A stretch of DNA of 64,000 nucleotides. Source: Blasia pusilla (taxonomy: Eukaryota). A program made the translations under genes and the position numbers. Position 1 is the first letter of the stretch; every line of letters starts with the position of its first letter. Below the pieces are notes generated by a model. The model was given only the letters and a program-made list of their open reading frames with translations. It did no database searches and was not told where the DNA came from. Below, in pieces: positions 59,561-64,000 of this stretch. The stretch lies in the NCBI GenBank assembly GCA_050084515.1, contig CM114271.1, forward strand, positions 7,378,001-7,442,000, given 5' to 3'.

Positions 59561-62500
59561 TAGATCCTGATAGAGATGATTCCTTATACACCTTCATGCA
59601 ATAGTACATTTCTTCCCTACAGTCATGTGTCATGCGCATACACATCGCTACGCAATATAAATCGCTGTCACCGAACACACACACAAACACGCACGATCCC
59701 ATGCTAACTCATGGCATCCAAACAACGAGACAAGAAGTACCAAAATATCTCCAATAAAATAACATCCAATCTCTCTCACAAGACCATAGTTCTCACATGT
59801 GTGCACTCTCACATGTATCTCTTAATGTCAAAACAAACCCACTCTCCAAATGAGAGGCTTGGGTTACATACACAAGGCAAGCAAGACCATAGCTCCGTCG
59901 CCTTATGCCAAGAGACTCAACAAAGAGAGAATGAGCTCTCAAGCTCTCTCTCCTTGAAGTATATCCCTCCCCTCTCCCAAGCTCTCTCCGTGGTAACGTA
60001 TGCTCCCAAGTCACCTCCTTGGCTCTTGACCTGATGTAGGAGGTCAAGGGCCACTAATCAAAAATAAAAAGTCGATCATATACTCAAAATGGTATTTACC
60101 TAAAATAGTAAGTTCCTCAATATGGCTCCAAATGAGCCGAAACGAAGGGGAAACCTACTTTCTCAGGTTTTCCGGAGCCTCAGCAGGTCATCCTCGACCT
60201 ACTGAGTTTGTCCTCCACTACTCACGAAGGCACTCTACTAGATCTCATGGATCTATCCTAAAAGATGTGACAGTTATCGTGCACACACAGATCATTACAC
60301 AACATACATCACTATCACCGAACACACACAATCCCATGCTAACTCATGGCATCCAATCAACGAGACAAGAAGTGCCAAAATATATCCAATCGCCCCCTTA
60401 GCTGGTGGTTAGGTCCCCCTAACTCCAAAAATCCATCTATCCCTACCTACCATGACATACATCTCTCGGATGCTAAGAGCAAGAAGGCCGAGTGCTCATG
60501 TGGCCCCATCTTTAGTCGCCTTCTTGTTATCCATATCATAGACACAAGTCGGAATGTAGAACTACCTACTCTATGTACATCTGGGACACATCCATCGTCC
60601 TTGAGGAACCCTTGTGAGAGGTGGCATCAAACATGCCATATGCCATCCTCTCGAACATCCATCACAGACTAGCACAGTGGCTGCACCATGGGCGGAACCA
60701 CACAACATATACCGCAAGCCTGTAGAAACTATTGCTAAGCTCATATCAATTGTACCGTCAATGTTCGGAAGATGATATGGTGCATAGTTACGCACATGGT
60801 CCTTCCAAACCATACCATCGCGTCCCTCCTATAAGAGAACACCGGTTGGAAAAACCTCATACATTCTCAAGATGGTGCACCTTGCAGTCACATCCAACGT
60901 CCTAGGTGCCGTCTGCTGCAAGTAGACATAGTCTCCCTGATGAAACCTCCGGATTGTAGGTCGATAACCATCTCCCCGAATAGTCGCATATCTCAACGTA
61001 TCTCGATGTTGTGTAATCGCCAAGTTCTCAAACGCCATGGGCATCACTCTCTGAAACAACTCTGCCCTCTAAGAACATGTTCACTTCCATACATGAGGGT
61101 CATCAAGGTTCAACACCTCACCAACATCTTGATGACTGGCCGCACGTAAATCTGGCTCTCAGCCATAAAGCAACAAGTACGGTGAGAAAGACGCTAAGGA
61201 TGCCTGCTTGTTGAATCTGTATCCCATCGCCAACCACGGCAACTGCAGGTCCCAATCTCCTAGGTGATCTCTCTGTAAGCCATACTTGTGTAGTCCTCTC
61301 TTCACCATCTTCACAACTCGCTCCGCTAGTCCATCCGCCTCAGGATGATCTCGCGAAGTAGTGCAGTGGTCGATCAATACCTGATCACACAAGGCCTGAA
61401 ACTCCCCACGGAACTCTTTACCCTGGTCTGTCAACACCTCAGCCGGTACATCATAATGACTAAACACTCAATCTAGGAAGGCATACGCTACTCCCTCACT
61501 TGCTTTGTCAAGAAATGCAACCAACTCTATCCACTTCGAGAAGTGCTCGACCATCACCAACGCATAACAACTATGGCGCTCCGTCAAAGGCAAAGGTCTT
61601 GCAAAATCCAAACTCCATCTATAACCTAAACCCATGATTGGAAGTGGATGCAACTGTGGATTCAGAGCATTAAACGATGCTCAGACTCGATCATATACCA
61701 TACATCTCGCAACAAAGTGTTGAATGTCAGTCTGCATGCCTCGCCACCAATACTGAATCTGAAGCAAGCAGTACGTTCGCTTCACTCCAAAATGACCCAA
61801 CTCCTCGTGGGCATGACGCACCAAATGTGCTCTCTACAAAGGATGAGGCACTACACGTACTCTACCATCCTCCCACACTTGCAACACATGTGTGCCCTCC
61901 CATCGGAACCGTCTGGCTCGCTGTAGGATCCGATCCTGCTCTCTAGCACCCATTGTGCTCGCGACGCTGCCAGTTAGCAGATACTCCAAGACCACTCCAT
62001 CATCGTGAATGTCTCGGCCACCTCTCGTCTCCTCACCGACCTCTGGATCTAAGGACTCTCCATTAGACCTTGCCATCAAAGTCTCAACAATCTGGCTCTC
62101 CATAGCCAACAAGCCCAAATAGGCTGACGCATGCCATCCTTGCACCAACTCCTGATCACTCTCACCATACCAAGGAGCTCTAGTCATATCTCGCCGACTC
62201 GGGCATGGGTTACGGCTCAAACCATCTGCATCTTGGTTGAGCATCCCAGGTCTATGCACCACCTGGAAGCCATACTCCTGCAACAAAAGAGCCCACCTCG
62301 CAAGCTTCTTGTAAGCTTGTCAAACTCCATTAACCACTTAAGTGGCTGATGATCAGTAATGATGGTAAAGGGATTACCAAATAGATAACATCTAAAATGT
62401 GCGACAGCCCATACTGCATCCAAGCACTCACCCTCATGCGAGCTATACTTTTCCTCTGCAGCGTTGTTCGAGCGACTAGCATAAGCCACCACAAACTCTC

Positions 62501-64000
62501 TACCATCATCGTCATGCTGGGTGAGCACGGCTCCAAGCCCCAAAATGCTCCAATCGGTATGCAATTGGAAAGGACGCCCCGTGATCAGTCTCCTCAATAT
62601 GGGCGCGGACGTCAATCTGTCATTGACCATGTGAAATGCTCTCTCTTGCTCATCCCCCTAGTGTCGCAACCCTCATGACCAAACGAGTGCCAAAGCGGAA
62701 CATCGGAACATTAGCAGGCTCACGCTAAGATGGTTTGCGCGTTGGAGTGATCTCGAAGAAAAGACAAGAGACAGGACGCAAGCGAGGCTTTGCGTTTCAG
62801 ATGTTGTGGTCGCGACGGAGAAACCTGGACCAAACGCGGAACAAGACTTGAAAGGAGTTGAGTCTAGAAAGTGGGTTGCCAAAGGAAGAATCCGGATCTG
62901 GGACGCCACTAGCGTTTGAGAGTTTCCGACTGTACTTATGGCCATAACTTTTAGCGCCAAGATGCATTTGGATCGAACAAGAGTACGTTGGAAGACTTAT
63001 GGAAAGACGGTTCAAACGCACTAAAGATCTTTGCAAACGCATAAGCAGCGGCTGAGAAACAACCCGGAAACGACTGTAAGTAGAGCCGGGTTGAGGGCCA
63101 CAATGAAGGGCCCGACCCTCCTTTTCCAAAGGGAAAGGGGGGTTATTGGAGAACCCCAGAAGTACTAGTAAGGGGGAAGTCTCCAAGAGTGCTTAGAACT
63201 CGAACCCCACTTTGGGCGCCACGGGGCGGCTCAAGGGCATGGAACAGATCGAGAGTTTGGGGTTGGGTTGGAAAACCTGAACCAAGTCTATGGAGGTGAT
63301 TTTAGACATCCCTCTTGGATTTCACCCCGCGCCTCAATTACTTGGGTCTCGGTTTGGAACTCACATGAGGTCCGTTGAACAGTTGGGATTGCTAGGCGCG
63401 CAAGTGCCATTTTAGATTCCTAGACTAATCAGGAAGTCTGTTCCAAGTCTTGAAGGACTTGCCATGTGTTGGAAACTAGGAAGTAAGTAAGGTTGAGCTT
63501 GATGAGACGCCGAGTTGAGAACTCGGTTGGCTGGAACGCTGGTTGGCTCTGACCCGAATAAGGAGAGTGCGTGTTTGGGTGCAGATTGGCGATGAGATCG
63601 TGTCCTACTGAACGTACGCTTCCGCAATAATAAAGACTGACATTCAAGGAAAGTAGGGCGCGACACCTAGTGCCACTCCTGATCCACCTTGGTTATCAAG
63701 GTTAGGGGCTTCGCAATCGAACTGAAAACCTTGACATACCATCGATAGAAGTTCGCCAATCCCATGAATGCACAAACTTGACTCACATGTGTAGGTCGTG
63801 GAATGCGTGAAATAGCCTCTACCTTTGTCCACTGCACACTAAGTCCCCTTGGGTATATCGTATGACCCAAGTACTCAATCTGGCCAAAGAAGAACTTGCA
63901 CTTGCCAGGATGTAGCTTCAGCCCATGTAACTACAATGGTCGGAACACCTCCTCTAGATGTCTCTCATGCTCCTCAACGGTGGCGCTAAGGACTACGATG
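59557..64000 (-). mobile_element. Ty3/Gypsy retrotransposon (RT-RNase H-integrase-PHD finger, PPT, 3' LTR from ~60388 leftwards); runs off the window
   Basis: LKLHPGKCKFF...YLGH; TDWSILGLGAVL...VAYASR; TDHQPLKWL; WSLDFA; TDQGKEF; GLAERVV; terminal LCGS...LVCDGCSRGWHMACLMPPL..VPQGRWMCPRC; PPT AAGGGGGCGAT. Order RT-RH-INT indicates Gypsy. Confidence 0.92.
62662..63665. mobile_element. Solo LTR (copy 2), 1004 bp, nested in the Gypsy pol
   Basis: TGTCGC...GCGACA termini; TSD CCTAG at 62657-62661 and 63666-63670; colinear with 4791-5793. Confidence 0.92.

Overview
Eukaryotic nuclear DNA from a land plant. The TE repertoire suggests a non-seed plant, which is inference only. I can reconstruct two intact, spliced host genes: a 9-exon HAD-superfamily gene similar to Arabidopsis At2g45990 (478-3739, minus) and a 6-exon plastid ABC ATPase ABCI10/NAP13 (20127-22785, plus). 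Most of the rest is nested, largely decayed mobile DNA: a CRE-like restriction-endonuclease fragment, hAT, two non-canonical Helitron Rep(-helicase) copies, several CACTA pieces, two Copia remnants, a PHD-finger Gypsy, two copies of one ~1 kb solo LTR, a kinase pseudogene and two RTE/RTEX-like LINEs. The main signal is a LINE family tied to (TC)n microsatellites. Its 3' signature CACTACTTAATGAGTACAG(TC)n, allowing variants, occurs seven times: on a near full-length copy flanked on both sides by (TC)n, three times in a head-to-tail 164-165 bp array, as two tiny remnants, and fused in frame onto a different LINE. Separately, the two solo LTRs sit in the same 10-mer target, ATCCCCCTAG. All family assignments come from motif recognition by eye; no database search was run.
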